Shown here piece after piece: positions 26,995-41,136 of a stretch of DNA of 64,000 bases. The position numbers were made by a program, and so were the translations under genes. The notes under the pieces are model-generated. The model did not search any database. It was not told where the DNA came from and saw only the letters and a list, made by a program, of their open reading frames with translations. Every line of letters starts with the position of its first letter. Position 1 is the stretch's first letter. Origin of the DNA: Patellaria atrata CBS 101060 (lineage: Eukaryota); NCBI GenBank assembly GCA_010093705.1, contig MU006106.1, forward strand, positions 213,086 to 277,085, in the 5' to 3' direction.

Positions 26995-28122
26995 ATGTCC
27001 AGTCTTCTCAGTCGTACGAAGAGCTATTTCTTTGGACCGAGTCCTCCCTCTAAAAAGACTTTAACCCGTATCGACGTATCATCGCCCACCGAAAGGACAA
27101 TAACGGACTTGATCTCAGTTATTGAACGCGATGGCGGAGTCATTGTCGAAAACTTAATCTCAAAAGAATTGGCTGCTCAGATTAAATCAGACCTTAAACC
27201 TTATTTCGACACTGACAAGGTTGACCGTTCTGGTTTTTTCCCAAGTACCACTCAGCGTGCGACGGCTCTTTTGGCAAGGTCCGATTCTTGCGTTGATCTA
27301 GCATGTAATAAGGTCTTCATAGACGTTGCGAACCGTATGCTTACCTCCACTTTCTCATACTGGGCCGGCCAAAGAAGGGAAACAGTGTCAGCAAAACCTA
27401 TCATTAGTAGTACTGTTGGATTCAGGGTGAATCCGGGTGGGAAACAGCAGGATATACATAGAGATGACTGGTACGTGTAATGCAAGGTCCCTCCCTTCAC
27501 CGTTAACTTCAATATTTCATATGTGTGCGGATGAATTTGTCAAGCTGACAGCGGAATGGCTATCATCAGTGACTATCATGTTCGCAACTGTGAGATGCCT
27601 ATGATGTTAGGTTGCGTGACAGCTGTGACCAAAACTACCAAGGAAAATGGTGCTACTATCGCAATTCCAGGTTCACATTTATGGGGTCCAGAACGGTGTC
27701 CTTATGATCACGAAGCAATACCTGCCGAGCTTGAACCAGGAGATGCATTTTTATTCCTAGGAAATATGTATCATGCCGGTGGTGGGAACACGACGACGTA
27801 AGTCCAAGATCCATATAAACTTCTGACACCTTTCGAACTGCATAGAAGCATTTTAGACGAAGCGGATCCATTGAATCTTCCGCTAAGGTAAATCAGAGAT
27901 CAAGCTCGTGAAACAGTCGGAATCTTCCTCTGCAAGGCGTACTACCGTCAAGCTGAAAATCAGTACCTCGAAGTTCCTCCAGAGAAGGCAAAGAGACTTA
28001 GTCCGCAAGCTCAGAGACTGTTAGGTTACGGTATCTGCCTACCAAGTGTAGGGTTTGTGGACTACCAGGATCCTATGAGGGTCCTGTTCGGCGTGGAGGA
28101 TGAGGAAACGGTAGACATGTGA
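26995..28122 (+). CDS. PhyH-family Fe(II)/2-oxoglutarate dioxygenase, about 309 aa
   Basis: Exons 26995-27470, 27570-27797, 27897-28122. Motifs RDGGVIV, Q.IHRDD (HxD), NGAT..IPGSH.W, YHAGGGN, and R.AENQYL..RLLGY. Confidence 0.93.
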
Positions 28123-28727
28123 TTGATTCCTTCTTTTGATCACTCCTCAACGAGGGTCGCACGTCTAGACTGATCCTGATGGCCGTGTGGGTTTGATCTA
28201 GAAGATGATCAACCAGCGAAAATCAGTTGTGATCTCGACTTGTTCAAAAACAAATCAATGCAGAGAGAGTCTATGATGAGCATATTGGAGCGAAGAACGG
28301 GCAGTTGCTATGATAGCGACATATAGTGTAGCTTAGTACCGTATTAGCTTGTTGTGATGGCTCTTCATTCCTATCAAATTATCTTAGTAAACATGAGCAC
28401 ACTTGTGAAAGCTATAATCAGCATCTTCATTGGGCTGCGACACACGAAGCAGCCGTTCCTCGCAAGATGCAGTGTAAGATAGGGGCTGGGATAGTGATTC
28501 TCTGCGTATAGCTTCAGATCCTTTGCCTTGTTGTCAGTTCAGTGCTCAATTAAACATGTTGTGAAGTTAAAGTTAGGTCGAGTGAAGTTGGGAAATCTGG
28601 AGTAAACCTAATTTTGACGTCCCTTGAGTTCTAGCCTGGCGTCACCCACATCTTACTATTACGGTAACCGCCGGGGAAGCCTACGTCTATTCCTGTATAG
28701 ATCTCAGCAGTCGAGGTATCAGAGCAA

Positions 28728-30666
28728 CTATTTCTGAAGACCCCTCAAATATCCCCTCAAAAATATAGCAGCAGCCCACGCACCCGGATCCGGTGGCATC
28801 TCACTCAACCCCTCCACCTTGTCTCCTACATACGTAGCACGGCCGAACCTCGCCTGCATGCCACGAGTATTTTCAGCACCCTTCTCTGCCGCTTCTACTG
28901 CTTTTTCCAAGTCATTGGTGTTTTGAAGTTTCTCGCAAAACGGAATGAGCGTATCCATAACTGTCCTATCGCCTGATCTCGCGCTAGTGTACAGCTTCAA
29001 GTTCTCTAGTGCGGCGGGTGCGGCTTTAGCGACAGCTTCGACGTTGAGTTCTTGTGCCTGACGCAGGTTGTTCGAGAATGCCGCTAAGAATATTGCGAGG
29101 ATTGCACCTAGGGATCCTCCCACGTCTTCTACGGAGTCGCCTATTTGCTCGAGGTATGAGTTTAGGTCGGTCTCAGACGACAGGACTCCAGAGAGTTTCT
29201 TGAGAATGGCGTCGCAGACAGATTTCACTGCTTCTCCACAATCCCCGTCACCCATTTGCATGTCGAATTTGGTGATATCTGGTTCCGCGGCAATGGCACG
29301 GTTGCAGGCTTTAGCGAGTGCTTTGTTTGCTGAAGCTGGATTTACTGTATTGTATTAGTAAGAAGTGATAAAAGGCTCCATACAGGGAACATACTTTTCA
29401 ATCTATTATCATTCGTTAGCCCCTCTTCCGACGTCTTATATGCTCCCTCCCTCAGCCGTTCAGATTCATTGGAGGATTTAGGGCCAGAATATGCGCTCTT
29501 CGGCCAAGCTGGTGCGCTAGTCGGTAGATCCAAGAGATGAAGGATCTCCTCTACAGATACGTCTATTGAACGGGCAATTCCAGAGAGATTACCCAAGGTT
29601 AGAGAAAACCCAGGAGCGTTCAGCGACGCTTCCATAACCCCAGAATAGATACGAACTGGTTTGATGTTCCAGTCACTCTCTAATTGTGATAATGCTATGC
29701 TGGTCATGGCATCTAATTCAAGTACCGACATACCGCCAAAATTGTTGACAAGTAGAGCAACTTCATCTCCAGGACTAAATTTTACAAAAGCTCGATCTTC
29801 ATCATTAGGATCTAACAGGAATAGAAGCATTCTTTTAATTACTTCATCGGCGGTCGGAATAGGTGTTAAAGTTTGTAGACCCTAGAAGCGGTTTAATCCT
29901 CAGTATCATATTGATCTGACATTCCATATATGTCTTACCGGCTCGTTGTGGATGCCCATCCCAAGGACGCAGCTATTCTCAGGAACGGTTTCGTGATGAG
30001 TTCGACCGAGAACATGACAATGATCCAAGCTCGTCCCCATTGTAACTAGTTGATCATTGCACTGTCTTCCAAGCTCTAGGACACGCTCGAATGGCCATGA
30101 CTCCTGAGACGCAGTCCCAACGAGCTTAATCACTTCATTGGATCACTTAGCTTCCCCGTAAACAGAGCTCTGGAGAATGGTTTCAAATACTTACCAAGAA
30201 GATTTCCGGCCAGGCCTCTGCGACCAACATATTCCGCCTTCTTCCTTCCTAGTGCAGCATCTTCCGACATACTAATCACAGAGACCTTGTACCCTAGCGC
30301 CAGCGCTTTTTCGCGCGCTAGACCAAAGTGTAGCATGTCTCCGGTATAGTTCGTAATACATAGAATAATCCCATTTTCTGAGGGTACATTCTTAATAGCC
30401 GACATGATCTGTTTCGTAGAAGGACTAGCAAAGATCTCACCGCACACGGCAGCTGCAAGCATACCATCTCCCACGTATCCGGACCAAGCGGGTTCATGAC
30501 CACTTCCTCCTCCTGATATCACTGATACCTTGGAAGGAGAATGAGTTTTGGAGTACACAACCCTATTCGTCTCATCGAGTTGCATGTGAGGGTTGCGAGC
30601 CGTGAGCGCGATCAGTGCCCTAACCACCACCCCCGTAGAATCAGAGAAGAAATGTCTGGTCGACAT
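28728..30666 (-). CDS. DAK1: Dihydroxyacetone kinase (Dak1 + Dak2 domains), about 589 aa
   Basis: Exons 30666-30195, 30132-29939, 29881-29395, 29344-28728. Motifs SGGGSGHEP, NYTGD.LHFG, VGRRGLAG, GMGIHNEPG, GDGDCG, GDRT.MD, ARFGRATYV, PDPGA. Confidence 0.96.
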
Positions 30667-31792
30667 AATGATATCTGATAGAAATTAACATATTAGCTCA
30701 AGCATTAAAATTCCGAAATCTCCTGATGCTGGATCTCTGGTAATGACATTCATGACTAACGCTATAGTCATCTCCGTCACGGCTGACAGTTGGTTGTCGA
30801 TCTCGAAGGTTTCCTGACTATCGATTGTCTGATCACTCGAGTCTTATGTACGATTGGGCCTCATCCGTTTGTTTTGGACTTTCCTGTACTGAACAGCAAG
30901 AGAACGCCTTACAAGCAAGCGTACAAAAGGGCGAGAATTGCCATAGCTGGAGAAAAGATACGAACATTATCCAAAAGTACAATAATTCAGCAGAATTTAT
31001 TTGAGGGAAGTGACTTTGATTCAAAACGTGAAAGTGTAGAATAGGGAGTTATGATCACTGCAGACTTACATAGGAAAGCTTTGATAGTATGATTCCAGGT
31101 ACTACTTATTAAAGTTATACGATTGCATCCATCTATTAATCAGGAAGGAAACGTGAGACTGGAAAGTGTACAGACAGTAGGAGGAGATGTTTGTATAGAA
31201 TATTGCTTTGGAAAACACTTGACGAGATAACTCATGTTCGGCATTGTTATACTTGTACCTGATAGTGACGTGCGCAAGGAGTATGAGGTGGGGGTGTAAC
31301 TGCGGGGTTAAGCGGTCATTCGAGCGCGAAAAAGCTATTAGATCAGCTAGAATGCTTTTCAAACCACCATAGATGGACTAAAAGCTCTCATTGTCCCTAG
31401 GAGAGAGGATTATTACTTAAGCTTTCGACAAGGTAACCTAGATGTTATTCTGAGGGATACGGCGTATCCATTAGCCACACGATAGTCAGAGCCCAGTTCC
31501 GAGTTGGATTAGAGTAGACAAGACAAGGGAAAGCTCAATTACAGTTTCTGTTCGGGTTTCTGGGATCATCTGGAATCTCTATCTCATATGATACTCCCGG
31601 AGGTGGAGGAAATAGGAACGTTCTTGTAGAGTATTTGGCAAAGTCTATCAATCATTATCAAGTAGAGTTATGCTCGTCAGGACAAAGGAAGTGGTACCAC
31701 ATACCGACTTCATCACCCGTAGCGTAGAAGATTTATCCTTAGATATCCGCCTCTAGATCCGTCTACATCCATCAGTATCGTTGATCCAAGTC

Positions 31793-32831
<1,039 letters not shown>

Positions 32832-33183
32832 CTATGTAGGACACGGTTATGACAATAGCACGTGAAATGAAGGTAAGATGTGGTAAGTATCAAGTTCAAG
32901 TGAAAAAGTTTTGAATTGTTACTAAGCAGTACTGTGGAATGGAGTCAGAATGATGACTGTGCTAATAATGAGCGATTTGCCGAGCGTTCTCAGACGCGTT
33001 CTCTCTTGAAGGTTTCCTCAGAGTGTTATCGTGAACCGGCGCTCTTTTGAACCAGTGAATCTGTCTAGAGGAAACTGCGAGTTGGAAAGGGGTGAAGTTG
33101 AGAGAGTTCAAAGATACAGTTGTAGCGGGGTGAGATAGTGGGGGGGACGGGGTAAGAAAAAGACTGGTCTGCATGCAAGACGT

Positions 33184-33223
33184 CGTTCTCGTTTCTCGTT
33201 TCTCGTTTCTCGTTCTCTTTCTC
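33184..33223. repeat. Heptamer microsatellite (CGTTTCT)n
   Basis: cgttct cgtttct cgtttct cgtttct cgttct ctttct read directly from the sequence. Confidence 0.85.
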
Positions 33224-34295
33224 TTAAGGTGATCTCGGGATCGGGAGAAAGGTCATTTCGAATGTCGCCATAACGTTATCTTATCGGCACGTGAATCTCG
33301 GGTAGATTTCATGCACGTGATACTGTCCGTCTGATCGGAGCTTAGCCTTGGCCCGATTCTCTTCCCGTTCCCTCACTTCTTATTCCTCACATCCTCACAT
33401 TCAATCTGAAGCGAACGCAACTCCAACATTTACACGCCCAAGGAAATACCTGCCAATCATATTATTCTACGTGATGATCAGACAGGATCCAGAATGTTGA
33501 CAAACAGAGCGTTGGCTTGACTCTGACGTGGTCTGGGTCCTCACCTTGACCCTCAGCACGCGTTTCGGCCGTGTCGCAGGCCAGTTTCGGGTACATCTTA
33601 GATCCACCTTGTTGACCCAACCCATACCCTTTATAGCATGACCTTTAGGAATTTCAGACAACATCCGAAGCAGTCGATCAGGCCTGCAGACAAATTATTC
33701 CTCACATCAGAAGTCCTTCCACCTGAATTGACCAACCAGCAAACCTTTAAGGGGGCTTCAGCGTCTAAAAGTAGCAGATTGTCGACAAAATCCCCTGCAA
33801 CTTCTTGACACTAACTGTCCCTGCATCTGTCATAGGTTGTGTTCTAGAGAGAACAGCGCCAGCCCACACACCGCACATCAAGGTGAGCACGTATTCTTAC
33901 AGGCCGAGCATCGTATGCAGGCCTTTGAGCCTCATCCATTTCGCATTGATGCCTTGTACACTATCGATCAGACAGGTTAGTGTCACTAGTTTCACTTTAT
34001 CAAGAGGACCTGTCACGTCTCATGATGCTCGAAAGCCTCATACCGCTTTTCGTCACTCATTAATGCGAGGCTTGGAAACCTACAAGTAGTCAGGTCGCTC
34101 CCATCTGTATTCCTCTTTTCTTTCCTCATCATTCAACAGTCCAGTGTCTTCAATTCAATCCTCTTTCTTCAAAGACTGCATTCCTTTCGTCGCCGGCCGA
34201 CCCGTTTACATTCTCTACGAATTTCCTAAAGCCGCTTCTTCAAACCAGTCAACCCTTTTCAACCCTCCAAATTTTTCAATCCCACATCAATCAAC

Positions 34296-34548
34296 ATGCG
34301 TTTCTCCGTTGCTACCGTCATCTTCTCCCTCCTCGCCGTCGCCATGGCCGCTCCTCTCATCACTGGTAAGTATCTATCCCGTAAATACAGTCGCAGGTCC
34401 ACAGGACTAACAATCTAAATTAGTGCGCCAGAGCGGTGACGAGATCGTCCAAGTCGGTGACGAGAGCAAGCCCAAAACCACCATGAACGGTGAACTTCGA
34501 GACTACGTCAACACAGATCAAACCGCACCTGCCCTAGGCACCAAGTAA
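34296..34548 (+). CDS. Small secreted protein, 64 aa (not in the ORF track)
   Basis: CAACATG start context; exons 34296-34365 and 34424-34548; intron GTAAGT..GACTAAC..TAG. Product MRFSVATVIFSLLAVAMAAPLITVRQSGDEIVQVGDESKPKTTMNGELRDYVNTDQTAPALGTK has a clear signal peptide and C-ending codon bias. Confidence 0.85.
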
Positions 34549-35708
34549 ATGCCTAGAAGCACCTTGCCTTTCAACGCATTCATCAAGCATGGGGATGAGG
34601 GGTGTAAAATTTCATTCAACCGCAATTCCGAACATCGATTGTGCATTTTACGGGATAGACACTGGGTTTCAAATTGGGAAGAGAAGGAGCAAAGCCACGA
34701 GGAAGCAGAGTGAAGGATTCGCGTGTCTTTTAATGTACAAATAGAGAAGGCCATATGGCACTGGGTTAACCTCGACGTCTCCAGACCGAGGATGAATGCA
34801 TAGACTGAAAGCAACTTCTCTCCCAAAGTCCAACGTGATCAACAACCCCTACCTATTCGATCATTATACTTCGCGGCTACTCCCCGCCGCTAACCCAGTC
34901 GTCTGTATAAGCTAATATCAACTTCAACGCCCATTCCAACCAAGAACCTAATTCACAAACACCAACTCACACATCCCCTAACGTCTCATCACTCCCATAC
35001 CACTGCCGAGCGATCTCGACAAGTCGTCAAATTATCTCGACCTACGTGTCTGGGCACCAGACCTAGAGCCGGAACGTAGACGAACTGTGCCTCGCGGCCG
35101 CAGAAGCGACGTGAGATCTATACACGACCGGTTGGACCGGCTTTTGAGGGTGCAGGGAAGAGCAAGAGGGATTTTGGTTGGTGGGGGTTTTGTGGGCTGG
35201 GTTGGGCTTGGTTTGCTGGGGATGTAGTAAGTATAGGGCCGTACGAGGTATTACTTGTTTACGATGCTGAGATTGAAACTCTGTGACATAACAGGTTGGA
35301 AGTTAAAGACGATTTTGTAGAGTCTATGTACACCCCCAATCACCTGATATCCCCTGGCCAACTTTACGCCTGAATCAAGCAGATGTCTGACTTGGTTGTA
35401 CAGTACAGGACGCATTCGGCGAATGTTAGAACTGGCCGAATTTGGGAGTATTGCACAGTCTGTACAGAAAGTGTACCAAACTCACAATTTTTTGAACGTG
35501 ACTTTCGCGCTATCCAGTTCCCCCGGCGAACCGTACGTTTACATCAAGAAGCTCTTCCGTCCTCACGCGTACAGATACTGTATTGTACATCGTCAAACCC
35601 GCCGAGTTAGATGATCTACCAGTGTTTGTAGAGTCTGTGTATAACATCCGACAGCTATCATATACGACATACGAGGAAATGTTGCCCCATTTTTAATTCC
35701 CCAGTGCG

Positions 35709-37910
35709 TCACAACCACGTCCGTGATCTCTTATAATTCGGATCCGGCTGCGGAGCCTCGAACACCTCACCCCTCGCAGTGACTGGTATAGATTTCTCCT
35801 CGGGAGACCAGTGTCCTATGCCGTTCGCCTCGAACGCCATGCCTGTCCTATATTAGCCAAAATCTCCAAACAAAAACTGCAAGAAGCAGAACAAATGGGT
35901 AACATACGCTGCACATGCAACAACTCCCCGGAATTCCACTCTCTCATCTTTCTCTCTCCTCTATCCCTATCCCACCATCGTACTACCGGTCTCGCGATCC
36001 CCTCATAGCACCAACTGAGCCCAATGATCAAACTCCCCACCACGAGCACTATGACAACGCCAAAAACACTGATCGAGGCATACTCCTGCGTCCGCGCAGT
36101 CTCTCGCTGCGTATGACATAACGGCCCAACGTTTTCGATATCGCCGACGTACAAGTTCTCCGGTGTACTAGGTCCCTGTGGCCGATCCCGCAGCAGCTTC
36201 TGCATCGTCGTCAACTGGATATCATGCCAGTACTTGACCTCCACGGCCGTTTGGTTATTCTTCAGTGGGCCAGAGACCTGGAGGTCGACGCTTGCTTGGT
36301 CTCTTGCATGTAACATCTCGACGGCCAGCGCCTCGTGGAAGCGAATGAAACTTGTTAGACCGATGGCCGCTCGGACGACGGCCAGTGTCCCGTTCTGCTT
36401 TTTGTTAAAGCCAATGTCGCGGATGAGGTAGGATGTCCATTGGCGGTTAGCCCATTGGCCGATGCTGGAGGTCCCTCCCCAGGGTGAGCATTGGTTATTG
36501 GTGGGGTTGCAGTATTGATATTGGCTTGCGCAGCCGAGAACTGCGAAGGTTTGGTTGGGGTAGTGTAGCACAGTCTGGAGACCACCAGTGCCGGTGGGAA
36601 CTGGTATGGTCTTCCCGAACCAAACATCTTCAAACGGCTCGGTGTAGACTAGGTTGTTGGCGAGTCCCATGATATGAAGGTCTGCATTCGAGGCATTGAG
36701 CTCTGGTATGGGTTGAAAGACGGATTGAACCGTTTTATTTCGATGTGCTATATTGCCAGGACTATATTGAAATAGTCTTGACTCTAAGTCAGCAAACCGA
36801 ATCGATGAGAGCACAAATCCCATAATTGTTCTAAATCATAACTGGTGTGGGGCTTACTGAAATTTGTAAGGGGCCTGAAACTGTGCTCTAACTGGATCAC
36901 TCTGAGTCTTCGTCATCTGTGGGCTCACGAAAGCTGCAATCCGTTTGGTACCGGCAGCATTCATGCTATAGTTGTACATAATGTAACTGACATTTCTGAT
37001 CTCGTTCCGTGTAAGGTTTGCGCGTCGTGCCGTGGCATATCCGGAGTCAACTGAGGCTAGTAAAGGACTGCAAGTAAGTGCCTTTCGAACCTGAACACTA
37101 TCTTCTTTCGGAGCATTGATACCCAAATGGCGATTTGAATCCATCAACTCCGACACAATCTGAACAGTTCCTTCAGGTCCGTTCTTACAGATTCGAGAAT
37201 CAGGGAAAGGGCAGGTGTGGCCAAAGCTGATACTCGAATCGATTCTTGGCCACTTGGGTCCTTGACATGACATCAATGCTTGGGATTCGAGACAGGTCCG
37301 TACATAATTTGCAGATTCCTGAAAATCGGATCGAGATCTTATAGTACACTGATTTTGCCAGTCATACGTCATTTGGGCAGTTTGGTTAGCCCAGCCGCAG
37401 TTCTCACTTCGAAGAAGCACCGGCCCACCGAAGGTCACAACCTGTCCGGAAAATATACTAGCAACTAAAAAGCCTGAGATCTGTAATAGTGCTACCATAG
37501 AGACAGGCAACTGTCTTATGAAGCTTCTTGAAGTACTCGACCTCCAGGTCCAGCCGAGCTGGGCAAAGTACCAAAGAGCGCCATATGGATCTTGAGAATT
37601 CCTAAGCACGGCTTGCTGCTGATGATATAGTGCGTCTCTTTTGTGAGGGTCTGATCGCACTTGATGTAAAATAAACTTGACGATCCCTTGATAAGCTGGT
37701 AAGCTCTTGTAATGATGAGATGTGATATCTGACGGACTCACGCCATAACTGAGAGCCAACTATGGTAATGAAAATGGTAAGTAAAACGAGAAATATTTTG
37801 GCATAATCGGAGCGAAGGGTTAGAACAGGCCGCAGTATTGAAACTTTCGACCAATCGTTCCAGAATCCGATGTAATATGGTTGCTTGAGATTGGGCGCGG
37901 AAAGCGACAT
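35709..37910 (-). CDS. Uncharacterised fungal multi-pass membrane protein with Cys-containing luminal domain, about 666 aa
   Basis: Exons 37910-37742, 37686-36858, 36776-35908, 35842-35709, GT-AG and in phase. N-terminus Y.GFW.DWS..LTL, then DALYHQQQAVLRNS, CPF...IC, LGC..QYQ.C, a C-terminal TM and LHVQRMAFE..G.GHW. Confidence 0.8.
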
Positions 37911-39381
37911 CTCACCTCGCTAAAAACGGAAATATATGGAGTAAAAAGAATGATATGAGGAAATGACCCTAGTATTCCCCTAAAATGAACTGAATACAGT
38001 TGAAACGACTGATGTCGTAAAGAAAGAAGATGATAAGGGGTAGGGTTAACAAAATGATCTCCAATTGAGAGCGGGAACTGCAACGAGAGTACTCCATTTG
38101 AAATATGTTCGAAGTGATCCCATGCTTTCTGACCCTGTCCTGCGCCTGAAAATGCGACCTTATTATCTACTAACCTCTTTTGCGGTACAGCTGCTATGAC
38201 CCTATCTCGCAGAGCGTCAACCGCGACGGCGACTCTACCTTTTCAGACATCCACATGGTAGGTTAATTGGATATCTTCTCTCAAGGAGTAATGGTGTGAA
38301 GAATAGACACAGGACCGGGTCGCATAAGTACCCAAAATATACTACCTTAAGGGCTTGCAAAAGTCGCTTCGTCGATGGACGAATAGAAGCTCAACTGTAG
38401 CGCCGAACGGGTCGCACTTGACGCCGAACAGGCGCTTTAGGGCTAGTGATCGATGAACGAGATCGCGTATTGCCCTAATCGGCGAGGTTTCTCATGCGGA
38501 AGGTCATATTTCTGTAGTTGCTCAGCGAATAAGAAACAATAAATAAGAAAAAGGAAAAGTTATTGAGAGCTGTTGAGAGGGAGAGACTTGATTCAGAATT
38601 AGCGCGTTCTCGACGCCCTGATCAACGCCACCAATCAGCAGTATCAAATAGTCGTAAACTCTGCTCATTACAGTACTTCAATGCTGTAGGTGATAGAAAA
38701 AGCTGTATAAGTTATTCGTCATAGTCATCACATCCGACTTAAGAATCCAGAAATAGGTCTCAACCTTCGCCATCTTTGGCATATAGTATTCTCCAAACCC
38801 TCGAGGTGTTTCGTCTCTCCATGCTTCGACAGCGTGTCCATGTCCTTATATCCAGTAGGCACAAGCACGTCTTCTTCCCTAAGGCTATACCCGTGTATCC
38901 TACTATGTGGGCTTTGCAATGTTCGACTCACATCCAAGACGGTGTGGGCAGCTCTAATTGCGGCACAGGAATGGATAGTTGTCGCGGTCTAAACTAGGAC
39001 GATACGACCCTTTCGGGTCTTCCTCTCTATGTGATTAGTACCAGAGTACGTTTGATTCGTTCGCTTTGACCTTGTAGAGCGCTTCTTCCAAGCCCTCCTC
39101 AAGTCAGTCGACTATATCCGGCTTCGGGTTAGGATGACTATAATGGTCGTTTCAAAGGCCATCTAGGATGTTGTATGATATAAAGGCAATATAAATCATC
39201 ACGAAAACAACTTAAGGACCTTGTATAGGATTCTGAGTAAATTCTCATAACGAAAGTGGGGGTTTCCAACATCGCCTGATAGCTATGATGAGACCTCAGC
39301 CATCTAGGTTTACAACCCCATAGAGAAAGTAGCTTTTGGTATCCATGAGAAAAGGGAAATATGACACAGCGAAATTGGTGT

Positions 39382-40215
39382 CTAGAACATAGCATCACCT
39401 AGGAGCATGCCCCCGAGAAGACCAGCACCGAGAAGTGGAAAGCCATAGCCAGCACCATATCCATACCCCATGGGTCTGCGGTATGGCATAGCGGGTCTTA
39501 TAAATCTCGAGTTCGGACTTGCGAACATGCCGTTCGAGTATGGATTGAAGCCAAACGCTCCACGCGGTGCCATGGCACCGTTAGGCGGTTCAAGATAAAC
39601 GTCCCTCCCATCTCTGTCACGACCAAGGAGTTGTGGCTGACCTGTCTGGATTGCCTTGGCCATAGCGTTCCTGATCCTCAGATGAGCTTCGTAGTATTCT
39701 CTTTCTTGCTGAGCACGTTGAGCTCGCCGCCTTTCGCGCTCTTCGTGAGTGCTTTGCGTGATCTTGTCCTTTAATTTGCGTCCAAATTTGTGAATGCCAT
39801 GCAACTCTTCAGTAGGGCCGCTAGATTTCGAGCCGCCCATCTGTCGAGCATGCTGTCCATGTCCTTCGTCATCGCTTTCCTCAGCCTCTATATCTCTCAG
39901 ACTAACGCTTCTGTGAAGGCGTGTGACATTCTCCCGTTCCTCTGACGACAAGGTGCTGAGATACTGATCGTCATCGTAAGGGTGGTGCCAGATAGATCTA
40001 GGAGGGTCAGCATTCGTGTCTACAAAGAACTGATGCTGTTCTTTAGGATCGTATTGACGAATCCACCCTGATGGTAAAGGCCGAAGCAAGTCTTCCATGC
40101 TACGACGTGCTTCTGGAGGGATGCCATTGCGGGTTTCTGGATGGTTGGGGGAGGAACCAGTGACCTGTTCGTAGGACGGAGGAGGTTCAGATGGTAACTC
40201 TTCGCTTTGAGGCAT
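39382..40215 (-). CDS. WW-domain protein with Gly/Tyr-rich C-terminus, 277 aa
   Basis: Single long ORF with N-terminal PPSY motif and WW domain LPSGWIRQYD..FFVD..RSIWHHP. Confidence 0.88.
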   Translation of the reverse strand: MPQSEELPSEPPPSYEQVTGSSPNHPETRNGIPPEARRSMEDLLRPLPSGWIRQYDPKEQHQFFVDTNADPPRSIWHHPYDDDQYLSTLSSEERENVTRLHRSVSLRDIEAEESDDEGHGQHARQMGGSKSSGPTEELHGIHKFGRKLKDKITQSTHEERERRRAQRAQQEREYYEAHLRIRNAMAKAIQTGQPQLLGRDRDGRDVYLEPPNGAMAPRGAFGFNPYSNGMFASPNSRFIRPAMPYRRPMGYGYGAGYGFPLLGAGLLGGMLLGDAMF

Positions 40216-41136
40216 GATTGACAGAGATAGTAGTAGGTTTTATGAATGAGAGTATCTAGGTATCAAAGGGTTTGCGTCTAATTGTCGACAATGGAACTAC
40301 CTTACTTTATGGCGAATACCTTGGTTGAGGTGAGATGGAAACTGGAAAGTGTGTGAGATGTTCGGAAGCAGTTCTTGGTAAGGTAAGGTGTGGCAAGGAC
40401 GTCTGTTCAGTCCATGTGATTCCTACCTCGTGAGATGATGTGTCTGTCGTAAAGAATGAGCTTCGAGGCCTTGTCATCTCAGGTTATCCGCCGCTATTCA
40501 TGGTGACGTCTTTCAGAAGGCCCATGACAGCTCCCAAGGGCCCTTTGGGCGGTTGACAACAAGGGAGTCCGCGTTCGGTGATCTACCAATGCTCATGCAA
40601 GTTAAAGCTCTCATGAAAATCAGCAAATATTCAAGTTGTACACCATGTATACAGCATGTTGAATGATGAAATATTTGCCCACACCTGCATCGTATAGACC
40701 TTGCTTTCAACCTCATTAGTGTTTCAAGGTCGACGTGAATATAAAGTCGCAACGGTGGCGGGGCACATTTTGGGGCTTGTCAAGGCCACCTTTAAACCCC
40801 ACCGCTCATCATGATGCGCCCTCAAATGGTACCTTTATAGCAAAGCTCATCGTCGAACGCGTACCTCTTTGCCTATATCTATCCAAACCTCCAGCCAGCG
40901 GAAATAAATGACAAATTCCCCTCCTTTTGACATTTTGAGATGTTTCCCTTCGTGCCAACCTCTCCACCGAATGTCTCTTCGGTGAACTCGCTTCTTAAAC
41001 CTACTCCTCCTTGGGATATATTCGCCGATCTTTCAACATCAGCCGTGGTATTCTGCCTTAACAGCAGGCACGTTTAATAACACCCCTTCGCAAATTTTCT
41101 TCGCTATCCAAGTCCGAAGAGTCCACTCAATCTATC

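Noticed and set aside
28120..28175. Stop-codon readthrough to a cryptic peroxisomal signal in the dioxygenase
   Set aside because: Stop context is TGA TTG rather than TGA CTA, and the extension ends ARLD, which is not a PTS1.
26995..30666. DAK as part of a DAK/RpiB/TPI polyol-catabolism cluster, or functionally tied to the dioxygenase
   Set aside because: No RpiB, TPI or dehydrogenase gene nearby; adjacency alone is not evidence.
39000..39140. Two TTCG-containing mini-hairpins
   Set aside because: Stems of 5 bp or less are expected by chance; no tRNA or snRNA motifs.
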